Assembly (NCBI RefSeq): GCF_028641065.1
Contig: NC_073395.1
Location: 14,508,001 to 14,572,000 of the forward strand
DNA: 64,000 bases
Direction: 5' to 3'
From: Leucoraja erinacea
Lineage: Eukaryota
Part shown: piece by piece, positions 1 to 12,460 of the stretch
Numbering within the stretch: position 1 is the first letter of the stretch
Layout: every line of letters starts with the position of its first letter
The notes under the pieces: model-generated
Told to the model about the DNA's origin: nothing
Databases searched by the model: none
The model's input: the letters and a program-made list of their open reading frames with translations, nothing else
Position numbers and translations under genes: made by a program

Positions 1-195
1 AACCAGAGGAGGTAGTTGAGGCAGGGACTATCCCAAGAAACACTTAGTTAGGCAGGTACATGGATAGGACAGGTTAGGAGGGATATGGGGCAAATGTGGA
101 CAGATAGGACTAATGTAGCTGGGACATGTTTGGCAGTGTGGGCAAGTTGGGTGGAAGAGCCTGATTCCACGCTGTGTGATTCTATGACTCTATCT
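1..195 (+). mobile_element. CR1 LINE 3' end fragment
   Basis: ccagaggaggtagttgaggcagggactatc...ggtacatggataggacagg...tctatgactctat tail; same family as 17940-18285 and 32568-32832. Confidence 0.8.
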
Positions 196-352
196 GGTGG
201 GGACATGGATACAGATATAGTCATCGAGTGATACAGTGTGGAAATAGGCCCTTCAGCCTAACTTGCCCACACTGGCAAACATGTCCCAGTTGCACTAGTC
301 CCACCTGCCTGCTTGGTCCATATCCCTCCAAACCTGTCCTATCCATGTACCT

Positions 353-489
353 CGATCAGTCTGAAGAAGGGTTTCGGCCCGAAACGTTGCCTATTTCCTT
401 CACTCCATAGATGCTGCTGCACCCGCTGAGTTTCTCCAGCAATTTTGTGTACCTTCGATCTTCCAGCATCTGCAGTTCCTTCTTGAACA
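353..489 (+). mobile_element. Short Penelope-derived insert with hammerhead core; 14-bp TSD ctatccatgtacct (339-352 / 490-503)
   Basis: TSD read directly; ctgaagaagggtttcggcccgaaacgtt at 361-388. Confidence 0.85.
361..388 (+). ncRNA. Minimal type-I hammerhead ribozyme core (Penelope-type)
   Basis: CUGAAGA + A + stem II GGGU-UUCG-GCCC + GAAA-CG-UU; stem I pairing weak. Confidence 0.65.
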
Positions 490-1699
490 CTATCCATGTA
501 CCTGTCTGTTTCTTAAACGTTGGGATTGTCCCAGCTTTAACTACCTTATTCCATACAGTCACCACCCTTTGTGTGAAAAGGTTACCCCTCAGATTCCTAT
601 TAAACCTTTTCCCCTTCAAATTGAACCAATTCAGATTCAGATTCAATTTTAATTGTCATTGTCAGTGTACAGTACAGAGACACCGAAATGCCCTCTGTCC
701 TCTGTCCTCTGTCAATGTCCTCTGGTCCTCGATTCCCCAACTCTGGGTAAGAGATTCTGTGCATCTACCCAATCTATTCCTCTCAGATTACAGTGTTCGC
801 ACTCCTGAGGGTCAGACCTATGGTATGGTTGGGCCCTAATGTGGGGTCGTGGTGTTGAGAACTCCATGAAGTCGGGACCACTGTGCAGTCGGTCCTTGGG
901 GTCGGGTGGCGAAGTTGTCCACTCCTGCAGATCTTTGTGCTTCTCCTGGTTTTGCCTTGGAAAGATCAGTAGATTGCTGGTTCCTGCTGAGATCACAGTC
1001 CATGGTTCCAATGACGGCAGTCAGGTCTTGTCGGTTCTCAAGTCGTGTTGGTCCACACAGCTGGCCGCTCCTGGAGTTCTGTTTGGGCCGGTCCAGTGGT
1101 CTGGTCTTGAGGCTGGGTGCTCCAGGTGGCAGGTGGGAAGGAGGGGGAGACTTTCACGTCGAGCCATGGAGTCAAATACTTCAGACGGCTGGTAGTCCGC
1201 AGATCTAATGGGCTGTGGTGGTCCTCGTTCTAGCCCTTGTTGGTAGGATCGGGAAGTCAATTGGAAGATCACCAAACATGAAAGGAAGAATTAAGAGAAC
1301 ATTGTTAGTAATTCTGACAGTGTCACAATTGAGATTTCATACAATTGTAATAGATGGAGGCAGTGGTTTCTGTCATAGATAAACACGTGCCGGTATGCAT
1401 ATGGTTCCTTGCTATCGGTGTCTATGGGAGTTCGTCATCCTATAAACTACTTAAGCTGTTTAACGGCCTGACCACCTTACTTAATAAAAAATATATATAT
1501 TTAAAAGTAATCTTCTTGTAACACCTGTATTAAACATTTGAAAAATTTGAAAAGATGAAGGACACCACGGCTACGCTTGGCCAGGCCGACTCTGCAACGC
1601 CGCCAGGCCGACAGACCTTCACGCTCAGATCAAGATCCCTGCACTTACAACTTGAAAATGCACCAAACTGACGACTGTTTACTGTCTCAGTGTACTACT

Positions 1700-2465
1700 G
1701 CTACACACTACTACTGTATCTGAGATGCTTATCTAATATGTTTCGAAGTGGTTATGTACAGTGATATTTGTACCGTGACTGCATACACAAATGAATTTCA
1801 CTGTACCTTGGTACTTGTGACAAATAAAGCACCATACCATAACAGACCATAGTTTGCTAACTGATCATATTGAATCAGAAAACATCCTCAGAATACATAG
1901 GAAATTTGGCATGTCCCCAATTTCTCTTACCTATTTCTATAGATATGTATGGACAACATACTATTATGGATGCATCACATCTTGGAATGGTAACTGTTCT
2001 GCCCAAGAGCATAACAAATTGCAGAGAGTTGTGTACACCGCCCAGTCTTTCAGGCAAACCATCCTTCCCCCATAGCTTCCATCTATGCCATGCTGTCTCA
2101 GGAAAGTACCTAGCATAATCAGGGACCACTCACACCCCAGCCATTCCCTCTCCCCCCCTCTCGACAAGCAGAAGATACAAATGCATGTACCACCAGATTT
2201 AATAGCAGCTTCATCCATTCCCTTGAATGGTCCTTTCATATGTTAAGGATGAATTCTTAATCTTTATCCCAATCTATCTCGTGGAGGCCCTTGCACATTT
2301 TTCATTACAGCATTTCAGTAACTGTAACACTATAATCTGCCCTCTATTTATTTTCTTTTTTGCATTCCATGATGTGCTCGTCTGTAGTAGGATCTGCCTG
2401 GATAGCATACAAAACTAAATTTTTCACTGCATCTCAGTACACATGACAATAACAAAGCAGTACTA
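1700..2465 (+). mobile_element. Decayed Rex1/Babar LINE 3' fragments
   Basis: Translation RKFGMSP..LTYFYR..GCITSWNGNCSAQEHNKLQRVV; tails tttcactgtaccttggtacttgtgacaaataaa and tttcactgcatctcagtacacatgacaataa. Confidence 0.75.
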
Positions 2466-2865
2466 ATATCAAAGTCACCTAGAGTAGGTTAAGGCAAATG
2501 GACAAGTGTCACTTTTGTTCATTAGGTTGTGTTCTTCCTGAGGTTAATGAACTAAGACTCATTTACATTTGTAAAGTTCATTTCACTTGACCCCAAAGTG
2601 CTTTACAACCAATTCATATATATTTGAACATTTGTCTCAGTTGTTTATTATTCATTCATAGGGCATTGCCATTTTCTGATGGACACTACTGGATCAATAA
2701 TTGTATTTATATGAATGGTGCTGAGCAGGTGTTATCCATTTGGGGGAAGGATACTCCTACATTAATTATGTCTGGGAGGTTCCAGCACTTAGACTCAATG
2801 GAAATAAGAACACAACTTAACTCAGAGTGATTTCAGTTTCCCCATGTGCCTGCTGCTGTTTTTTT

Positions 2866-3165
2866 TTAGTTTAGTTTAGAGATACAGCGTAGAAACAGGC
2901 CCTTTGGCCCACCAAGCCCATACTGGCCAGCGATCCCTGCACATTAACACTATCCTACACACACTAGGGACAATTTTACCTTTACACCGAGCCAATTAAA
3001 CTACAAACCTGTATGTCTTTGCAGTGTGGAAGGAAACCGAAGATCTCGGCGAAAACCCACTCAGGTCATGGGGAGGACATACAAACACCGTACAGACCAC
3101 ACCCGTAATCAGGATCGAACCTGGATCGCTGGTGCTGTGAGGCAGTAGCTCTACTGCTGCACCAT
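2866..3165 (-). mobile_element. tRNA-derived V-domain SINE (HE1-like)
   Basis: Reverse complement of the 4585-4942 type; (tttag)n tail at 2866-2878. Confidence 0.85.
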
Positions 3166-3254
3166 TCTTGAAAAGGGAAACAGAATTAATTTTTCAGATC
3201 CCAGATTGTCAGAACTGAGAAGGAAACAAAACCAGCTTGTTCTTTTGAAACTCC

Positions 3255-3775
3255 AGTTAGTCCAGCATTTTGTGTCTATCTGACGTGTGAACCAGCATCT
3301 GCAGTTCCTTCCTACACAAGCTCATTAAGTTGCAGGGTGGGTAAGAGAGGGAGGAATGGCTCTGCTGGAGTAAAACAAGACTATTTGGTCCATGTGTGGG
3401 GGAGCAGTTAGAGAGAGAAGACGTTTGAGTTGCGAAATGCAAAACATTGAGTCAGGCCGGACAATGTCCTCCACTTCTGGAAGGAAACTAAAGAGAAAAG
3501 AGAAAAGAAGAAAGATGGTCAAAAAAAATAAAATAAGTTGAGTCAATATTGCTGATTGACAACTGATACAATGGCAACATTGCCATTGTATCAGTGACAA
3601 TAAAGGAATTGACAATAAAGGAATTCAATTCAACATCTGAAATGGTGAAATTGGAAGGCTGTTATGTGCCCAGACAGAAGATGAAATGTTGTTCCTCAAG
3701 CTTGCATCAGGCCTCACTTTAACAGTGGAAGAACGAGGTCAATGTGGATGTGGGATGAAGAATTGAAGTGTAAAG
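3255..3775. mobile_element. Old Penelope remnants (terminal repeat 3255-3320 +; endonuclease C-terminal piece ~3640-3775 -)
   Basis: tccagcattttgtgtctatc...cagcatctgcagttccttcctacac; 3640-3775 resembles the reverse complement of 25110-25230. Confidence 0.5.
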
Positions 3776-4584
3776 ACGTAAAGAATTAAAGAATCTTAAA
3801 GTGTAATTCGGTTGCAGATTTCTTGTACTTAAATCCTCTTGTATTAAAATCTAACATTACATATCTTTCCTAATTGCTACCTCCGTGTTAACATCCAGTG
3901 GTTCATATGCATGGACACAGAGGACCCTCTGAGTACTAACACCTTTCAAGAACTCCCTTAGTCACTTTATGGATAATAGGAAGGAAATTAATGGTGGTTA
4001 TTTAGGTATGATACGTTCAACTTTTTGCAGGTAAGAGAACTAGGAAGTTTTCCAACATTTACATTTCTGGATAGATATAAGTACAATAGTCTTACCAAGT
4101 CAAATGGGCATGACCAGCCCTTCAGTATCTTAGCCAGTGCTACACAAGATCCACTGCCTTTGCCATGACAGTGGATAAATCAATTGCTTGGGCAGTGACA
4201 TCTACGATAACTCCAATGGAAGGCATTTTAAGCAAAAAGATCAATTGTGGCAATTTGTTACAGACTCGAAGATGTGACCTTTCCTAATATGCACTTCCAG
4301 CATAAGCTTGGAGCTGGCGGAGCAGACGATACGCTGTATTACTAGAAGTCACGAGGAAGGGCACATAATTACTTCTGCTGTAAAATAAGTTCTTCGTTAA
4401 TATGACCTTAAGAATTAGGCTGTCCCTTGACTATTCAGCAAGATAGCACTCAGTTAAAGACTAGTCTTCAGAGGATGACTTTGCAAGGTTAACTCTTTCC
4501 TTTGCTGGTATCTATGCCATTCCAGTTTGAAAGTTGTTACCTTCTTGCATACCTTCCAAATATAAAATATAATATAGACATAAA

Positions 4585-4942
4585 GGGGGCAGCACAGTGG
4601 CACAGCGGTAGAGTTGCTGTCTTACAGAGCCAGAGACGCAGGTTCAATCCTGACTACGGGTGCTGTCTGTGCGGAGTTTGTATGTTCTCCCTGTGACCGC
4701 GTGGATTTTCTCCGGGTGCTCCGGTTTCCTCCCACACTCCAAAGACGTGCAGGTTTTCAGGTTAATTGGCCTCTGTAAATTGTCCCTCGTGTGTAGGATG
4801 GAAGTAGTGTACGGGTGATCGCTGGTTGGCGGGGATTCGGTGGATCGGAGGGCCTATTTCCACGCTGTAACTATAAACTAAACTAAACTAAACTAAACTA
4901 AACTAAACTAAACTAAACTAAACTAAACTAAACTAAACTAAA
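4585..4942 (+). mobile_element. Full-length tRNA-derived V-domain SINE (HE1-like) with long (TAAAC)n tail
   Basis: A-box gtggcacagcgg, B-box ggttcaatcc, V-domain ggagtttgtatgttctccctgtgaccgcgtgg...ccggtttcctcccacactccaaagac, LINE-shared 3' end, about 14 TAAAC units. Confidence 0.92.
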
Positions 4943-5285
4943 CAGCTTAGTGAATCATTATCATCTGCTGACTGCATTGCACCAATCTGCATTCCAGGTA
5001 CATCACTACCTAGCTTCTCTTTCTGGGCTCAGGAGGCAGGTTAAACTAGAGGACAAAAATGAAGACATAAACTGGATGAAATTAAGATTATAATTAACAT
5101 GCAATTAACAATTTCATTAGCATGCTGTCGTGCTGCAAGGACAGACCGTTAATAGATGAGAAGCCAACTGGGACTCTTGCCAAAGGAAAGACCTTTAGTG
5201 CTGCTAACAGACATGGGTCCGGTTCGGATTTACGTATAAACTTGACAAGCTTAAGTTTAGGGCCTTGAGATCTAGGGGGGCCTTG

Positions 5286-5478
5286 CAGAGCCGGATTTAC
5301 CACTAGGCTTCATAGGCTGAAGCCTAGGGCCTCAAAATCTAGGCGGCCTCCGGCCAAGGCAGGACACCAGCCGTTCAACTCTGGGCGGGGCCCCCCTCTC
5401 TATCTCTCTCTCTGTCTGTCAATCTCCGTCTCACAAATGGAACAGCTTAGGGCCTCTCTTCATCTAAATCCGGCCCTG
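5286..5478. mobile_element. hAT-like non-autonomous element/MITE
   Basis: TIRs cagagccggattta ... taaatccggccctg; a related partial end lies just upstream (5210-5285); no clean 8-bp TSD seen. Confidence 0.6.
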
Positions 5479-6616
5479 GAGATCTACACAAAAATCATCG
5501 ATGAGTAGAGGATTAAAGGAGTCCTTTTAGCTGGGAATGTCCGTGCTAACTATACAGGTAATCATTCAGTTACAGTGTGTATGCAGACTGGCAAGGCTAG
5601 TATTTATCTTACATTATTGCTGATTATATTGTGCCGATTTTACATTGTTGTTGCACATGTAATAACAAAAGCACCTTTGAACCATTGAACAATTTATTCC
5701 CGTGAAGTTGGCAGTGAACTGCCAGTGAACAGAGGATCCATTGCAGTTTGCCTGGTGAAGGTGCACCCACTGTACCATTGGAGAGGGAACTCCAGAACTT
5801 AGACCCAGCGACGGTGAAGGCTGAGAAATACATTCCCTTTGATATTGTTGCTTCAGCAGTATGGTTCTTCACCTTTCAGTAAATGTGCTGATCCTGGCAC
5901 GGTTTACACTCATTAAACCCTGGTCTAATTGTTTTGGTTGTGTAAGAGACATTCAGGCCATGAGGGAACATATTGTGGTGGTGCACATTCCACTGTAACT
6001 GATGGTTCACAACATTTCACGAGAGACTGCAGTTTGCTGGAATCATGAGCGAAAAAACAAACTGCTGGAGGAACTCAGCTGGTCAGATCATTTTACTATT
6101 TCACTTTCAAAATCTCTTCAAAGTCAAGTCAAGAGTCAAGAGCGTTTAATGATCATATGTGCTGTCAGCGGAAAAATAAAATTCTTACTTGCAGCAACAA
6201 AACAGGCCTGTAACACAATGCACGCAGATAATATATAATAAACAAAAAATCAATAAATTATTTGTTGAAGTCCTCCGGTATCCATTTCATTGCACCCTGT
6301 TTCGAGGTCATAGATCAGTTCTGAGTCTATCCCAGTTAGCACAACTATGGTGATAGGATTTTCTCCCTGTGTGGACTGGGGGTCATGTCCACCTGTACTA
6401 CCCTGTGTCAGGGGTGGATTGGTGAGAGTGAGGTCAAATAGATGTATTCCTTTGTGTAGATGCACTCACTACTTGTAACAGATTCAGTCTGGCATTTACT
6501 TCCTTTGCTTAGTCGATATTAATCAGCTACCAAGCGTTTCTTGATAATGACTGAGTGCCCCACCCAGAGGAGATTCTGTCCTCGTTGAAGATCGGGATTC
6601 TAGTCTATGCCCCACA

Positions 6617-6808
6617 GGGTGGCACGGTGGCGCAGCAATGCAGTCACTGCCTTACAGCACTTACAACGCCAGGTTCGATCCCGAGTTTGATAAACTTGTA
6701 AATTGAGCCGAGAGTGTGTGCAGGATAGTGCTAGTGTACGGGGGTCTGGTCCGCGCAGACTCGGTGGGCTGAAAGGCCTGTTACCGCGCTGTATCTCTAA
6801 ACTGAACC
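6617..6808 (+). mobile_element. Internally deleted HE1-like SINE nested in an old LINE
   Basis: Head ggtggcacggtggcgcagc and tail gtatctctaaactgaac; V-domain missing. Confidence 0.75.
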
Positions 6809-7561
6809 GAAAGAAGAATTTGCCAATCCAGGGTCACCAAAGTCTTGGGTGAGCTGGATTACTGGAGTTTTACTGTAGGTACTGAGAGGACTCAAGCCAT
6901 TATCAGCTCTCTATTTTCAACCAGCCAAAGGAACTGCAAACACCAGACATGAAGATGATGGAAGGTAGGCTCTCTCTGGCTCAGGTGTCTCAGTGATTGA
7001 CGAGAAAACTGCCGAGTGATTGATGATGTTCTGTTAATAAATTCATGCGCCGAGATACTTGAAAATGGACCAAGTGCATCTTAACATAGAAATGTTTGGC
7101 TGCATTTGGAAACAATGTAAAGCTGGGAATTATATATTTATAACTTAGTTCACACAGTCCCATCACCATCATCCTAAGCTAATGCTTCTGGAGAGATTTT
7201 CTGCATTATGGATCAGATTTCCGACTAAATATGCAAAACAAAGAACTGTTGCTTTAACGAGCATGTGTTGCATTTATTTAGTGTTGCATTCCATAATGAG
7301 AGAAGCTGTTATTAAGATGCTGTAAATTGCAGATAACCATCTATCTAGATGATCCCCAATGGAAATCAATGTGCTCCTCTCTAACTTACTAAACTTGCAT
7401 AAGTAAAATCTAGATACGTTAGATGTGCTAATGGCAAGCGAAGGAAGTGTTCCTCCATCAAGAATCTGCTACTCTCTGCATATTTGACCCTGTGATTTTG
7501 CCCACTAGGTCATTCAGCGGCACATATGTAAGACAGATCCTATCTTCGACTAGGAATTGAT

Positions 7562-8035
7562 CATAAGGTCACGAGGGATTGGAGTAGAATGATGCCATTC
7601 GGCTCATCAGGTCTACTCCACCATTCAATCATGGTTGATCTATCTCTTCCTCCTAACACCATTCTCCAGCCTTCTCCCAATAACTTCTGACACCTGCACA
7701 AATCAAGGATCTATCTATCTCTGCCTGAAAATTATCCACTGATTTGACCTCCACAGACTTCTGTGGCAAAGCATTCCACAGTTTCACCACCCTCTGACTA
7801 AAGACATTTCTCCTCATCTCCTTCCTAAAAGAATGTCCTTTAATTTTGAAGTTGGTCCTAGACTCTCTCACTAGTGGAAACATCCTCTCCATATCCACAT
7901 CCACTCTATCCAAGCCTTTCACTATTCAATGAGGTCCTCCCTCATTCTTCTGAACTCCAGCGAGTACATGCCCAAGTGCCTACAAACACTCATCATAGGT
8001 TAACCTACTCATTCCTGGGATAATTCTTGTAAACA
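7562..8035 (-). mobile_element. CR1 LINE 3' fragment
   Basis: ORF 7653-7922 KGLDRVD..RMFPLVRESRT..FSQRVVKLWNALPQ. Confidence 0.85.
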
Positions 8036-8579
8036 ACAAGTCTGGATTCACCAACAATTAGAATGGGGAAATGTACAATCTGGCTGATATCAAGTGGCAC
8101 CAGATGTAGGAAGGGCTTCCAAGCACCTCATAGTGAGGAGGATGGAGGTTCTAAAGACGAATCACAATAAAGGGAAAATAAAGCCTTGATGGAGGCTCTC
8201 AGACCTGAAACATTAAAACTGTTTCTCTTGCCTCAGATGCTGCACGACTCGCTGAGTTTTTCCAGCACTTTTTGTTTTGGGCCACACACTGGTTGCCTCA
8301 CTAGTTATTTTCATGTAAAGCTGAAATTCTTCTCTCAACTACAAAGGATATGCTATTGTGCTGTAAATTGGATATAGATGACAGCACATTTCCCAAGGTC
8401 TATATTATTTGACCTTTCTGTAGATTTTTGCTTTACTGCAATTTACAATCCGTTAATGGAGGCTAGACAGCAGGATTTACAGCATACGCAGAAGATAAAC
8501 AGTCTGCTTAATAGGAACGTAGAACACTGTAGGAGGCCATTCAGCCTGTTGTGCCTGTGCCAGAATTAAGCAATGACTA

Positions 8580-8875
8580 TGCGGCACAGTGGCGTAGCAA
8601 TAGAGTTGCTGCCTTAGAGTGCCTGAGACCTGGGTTCGATCCTGACCATGGGTGCTGTCTGTACAGAGTTTGTCTGTTCTTCCTGTGACCGCATGGGTTT
8701 TCTCCAGGAGTTCTGATTTCCTTCCACACTCCAAAGACGTACAGGTTTGAAGGTTAATTGGCTTTTGCAAATTGTAAATTTCCCCAAGTGTGGAGGGTAG
8801 TGCTAGTGTATGGGTCAGTATGGTGGGGTGAAGGGCCTGTTTCCAGGCTGTATCTCAAAGGTCTAAGGTCTAAGG
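8580..8875 (+). mobile_element. HE1-like V-SINE with (AAGGTCT)n tail variant
   Basis: A and B boxes, V-domain, tail aaggtctaaggtctaagg. Confidence 0.85.
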
Positions 8876-10044
8876 CCAAAGCACGCATAAAGTAGTTGGC
8901 ATATTCAAATCATCACTGTTTGCAAGCAATGCAAGTATCAGCTCCTCTGCAGACTGGTTAGCAACCAAGCCCCACGCAGCAGATAGTAGTCTGTCCACTA
9001 TAACTGGGCCGATATCTCTGGGAGATTTTCAGGATACCTTAAGTAAAATGGAATGCACTGAACTTGATTCTGCCTCATTGCTGGTTCTGACGATGAAAAA
9101 AATGCCACACCAAGTATACAGAAAAGGAGAAGAATCCTGTGCAAGGAGATTTAGAAGGGGCAGACAGAGAATAGTTCATTTTATGCAAAGCTCAAATGTA
9201 AAGTGATTGCAGAGAACAGCCTGTTACAGCTAGTGCAGGAAGCGTGGAGATGAATTTATGGGAAAGTGGCATAAATAACTGGGAAAACGCTCCTGTACAT
9301 GTGGATTGGCATGAGCATTTGCAATTTGACGGAGAGCGTTTGCTCAAAAGCAATTTACCTACTTGAAGCACATGCCTCCGTTGCTTTATTGTTTCTTCAT
9401 CATCAGCAGAGCAATGCAATGGTTGAAGCCAACGTGGCTGGCAGAGGTCACGCCGATAAAGAAAAGCAATGTTTGGAAATTCAGTGAAGCAAAGTGGCAA
9501 AGTAGAATGGAAAGCAAACGTCACAAAATATTATGAATGAGTTGATCACGGAAATGCACTGAGGATGCCCGCACAAGCTTCCTTCATTGATTAAGGGGGT
9601 AGAGCGCCATTTAATTATAATAAAGCATGAGATGCTGACTCAGTGTGAGCAATTATCTTCACAGTACTGTGGGGGATCACAGTGTCACATCATGCATGAA
9701 GACTTTATTGTTAAAGGTGACGGCCCAGAAAGAGACGCACAATCAATTTTCCCTAACATCTAAGGATATATTAGTACGTTGCCAATTGGTTATGGGTGAT
9801 GTCACAAGTGGATGAACTGACTATGCTCATCTGTTTCACCATGATACAATCAAATGAATCAAAATGGTAACCTAAAAGCTATTTGTTAATTGTATGACCC
9901 ATAGTTTTGAAAATTATATTTGATGCTCTGCTGCGGTTTGCCGCTCCCTGACAATGCATCACCAACTTGATTAAATTATGAACTTATTACTAAAAGACTC
10001 TGAGAACATCTCATAGCCTTGCTCCACCTCATCGATGTTTCCAT

Positions 10045-10300
10045 TCAGTTTTGTAGTTTTAGAGATACAGCGAATAAACAGGCCCTTCGGCCCACCGAGT
10101 CCGTGCCAACCGACGATCGCCCCTTGCGCTAGCATGATCCTACACACAAGGAGCAATTTTACAATGATCCAATTACTGAAGCAAATCAATTTTCAAACCT
10201 CTACGTATTTGGAGGATGGGAAGAAACCGGAACTCCCGGAGAAAACCCTCGCGGTCACAGGGAGAACGTCCAAACTCTGTACAGACAGCAACAGTAGTCA
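10045..10300 (-). mobile_element. HE1-like V-SINE
   Basis: Reverse complement of SINE tail and V-domain. Confidence 0.8.
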
Positions 10301-10372
10301 GGAAAGACCCAGGTCAGCCTATCAGACCCACAGCGATCACCAGGCAATTTACACCAATCCTGTACTGTTCTT

Positions 10373-10487
10373 GGGTCTTGACCCAAAACGTCACCCATTC
10401 CTTCTATTCACAGATGCTGCCTGTTCCGCTGAGTTACGGCAGCATTTTGTGCCTATCTTTGGAGTAAACCAGCATCTGCAGTTCCTT
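10373..10487 (+). mobile_element. Penelope-derived short insert starting within hammerhead stem II
   Basis: gggtcttgacccaaaacgtcacc...; imperfect TSD cctgtactgttctt / cctatactgctctt. Confidence 0.7.
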
Positions 10488-10937
10488 CCTATACTGCTCT
10501 TATTTTATCCTCCGCAGTTTTCATCAGCTCTCCCCAGATTCTACCACTCACCTACAAGTGAGGGGCAATCTACAGTGGCCAACCAGTGTACCAAACCATA
10601 GGCCTTTGGATGCGTAAGGAAAGTGAAGCATATGAGGGACACTTGGCAGTGGGAGGCTTTCAACAGTGTGATAGCAAGAAGCAGGAGGAGCATGGTCATG
10701 TTAGGGTAGCATGGCAAGGCAGGCAAGGTACAGGGAACCCTGGTTGACGAGAGATGTTGAGGGTTAGCCAGGGGAACATCTGTCAGATGTGGGCTAGGGA
10801 TTAAGTGATGTCCTCTGTGAGTATAAGTATTGTTGGAGTACACGTAAGAAGCCAATCAGGAAGGAAAAAAGACCACATGAAATGGAGCTGGCAGGCAAAG
10901 TAAAGAAAATCTGAAAAAGTTTCTACAGGAACATTAA

Positions 10938-11142
10938 GAGTAGAAACATAGAAAATAGGTGCAGGAGTGGGCCATTCAGCCCTTCGAGCCAGCACCACCA
11001 TTCAATATGACATGGCTGATCATCCAAAAGTACCCTGTTCCCTCTTTCTCCCCATATCCCTTGATTCCATTAGCTCTAAAAGCTATATCCAACTCTATCT
11101 TAAACACATCCACTGAATTAGCCTCCACTGCCTTCTGTGGCT
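10938..11142 (-). mobile_element. CR1 3' end fragment
   Basis: tagaaacatagaaaataggtgcaggagt... same 3' UTR as the 34458 copy. Confidence 0.85.
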
Positions 11143-11329
11143 GTGGAGTGAAAGCATGGCTAAGGAAGGAATAGGTATTTTTAATGATCAGCCTGGCCGT
11201 CTCTGTGCAAAGCCATAACAGATGTGGGAGATATTAAGTATTTATATATAATTATATATGTGTGTGTGCGTGTGGTTCATGGATCTATATATATATTAAT
11301 CCATTAACTATATTAAGCCATTGATATAT

Positions 11330-12460
11330 ATTCTATCATATATATTGAGTATTTCTCATCCATTCTTACTGAGAAGATCACAGAAGCTAAGGCATCGAGG
11401 TTCAGTAGTTGTGATGCCTTAGATCATATACAGATGATCAAATAAGAGAGATCGGCAGAATTAAGTTGCTTTTAGGTGGATAAGTTGAACTCTGATTTGT
11501 GTGAGGTGTTGCACTTTGGGCAATGTCGAACCAGGGCAGGGCTTAGACAGTAAAAGGCAGTCCTGAAGGGTGTTGCTAAAAGTGAGATCTTGGAGTACAG
11601 GTGCGTGGTTCTCTAAAGTTGTCAAGTAAGGTGGACAGTGTGGTGTAGAAGGTGTTTGCCACGCTTGCCTTTGTTGGGAAGGGTATTACATGGAAAGGTT
11701 GGAACATCGTGATGCAACTGAGACCACAAGTGAGACCACACTTGGAAGTATTGTGTGCAAGACTGATCATCCATCGATAGGAAGGATGTGATTGCAAAGG
11801 GTGCAAAATAATTTTTCAAGGAAGTTATCAAGAGCGGGCCGACGTCAAGACTTATCACTGTGGGGCAGTGGTAGAGTTGCTGCCTTACAGCGCCAGGGAC
11901 CCGGGTTCGATCCTGACTATGGGAGCTGTCTGTTCGGAGTTGTATGTTCTCCCCGTGACCGCGTGGGTTTTCTCTAGAAGCTGCAGTTTCCTCCCACATT
12001 CTAAAGACGTACAGGTTTGTGTAGGTTAATTAAAATCTGGGCTTGCAGGCTTGAGTTATACGGAGTGGTTGGATAGGCTGGGACATTTTACTTTGCAGAC
12101 TGAAGGTTGACCTTATTGAGATGTACAAGATCATGTGGGTCATTGATAAACTGAACGCACATAGACTTTTGCCCAGGTTAGAGAATTCTAAAACTATAGG
12201 ACGTAGGCTTAAGGTGAGAGGGAGTGATTTAAGAGGAACCTCAGAGGTAACATTTTCACTCAGAGGGTAGGCCGTATCTGGAATGAGCTGCCAGAAGAAG
12301 CAGATTCAATTACCACTTTTAAAAATCATTTGGACAGATGTATGGATAGGAAAGGTTGAGAGAGTTGTGGGCCAAATGCAGACAAGTGGAACTAGTGCAG
12401 TATACCGATTTGGGTTTGGACAAGGTGCTCAAGGGCCTGTTTCTGTGTTATTCAGCTGCT
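11330..12460 (+). mobile_element. Old CR1 RT/3' fragment with nested partial SINE (~11855-12030)
   Basis: gaccacacttggaagtattgtgtgc (RPHLEYCV), cagagggtag, gggcctgtttctgtg tail; many frameshifts. Confidence 0.75.

Larger units (their letters stand above)
220..786 (-). mobile_element. CR1 LINE 3' end fragment interrupted by a Penelope-derived insert (353-489) and a Rex1-type tail (~625-690)
   Basis: Minus translation LKGKRFNRNLRGNLFTQRVVTVWN is the CR1 ORF2 C-terminus; tail gactatatc/gtcatcgag at ~215-230. Confidence 0.8.

Noticed and set aside
4095-4380. Minus-strand exon candidate (ttttacag ... ttg|gtaaga)
   Set aside because: Stops in all three frames; no support as coding
4585-4660. tRNA gene
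   Set aside because: A/B boxes run straight into a SINE V-domain and tail; it is a SINE head, as are the other copies
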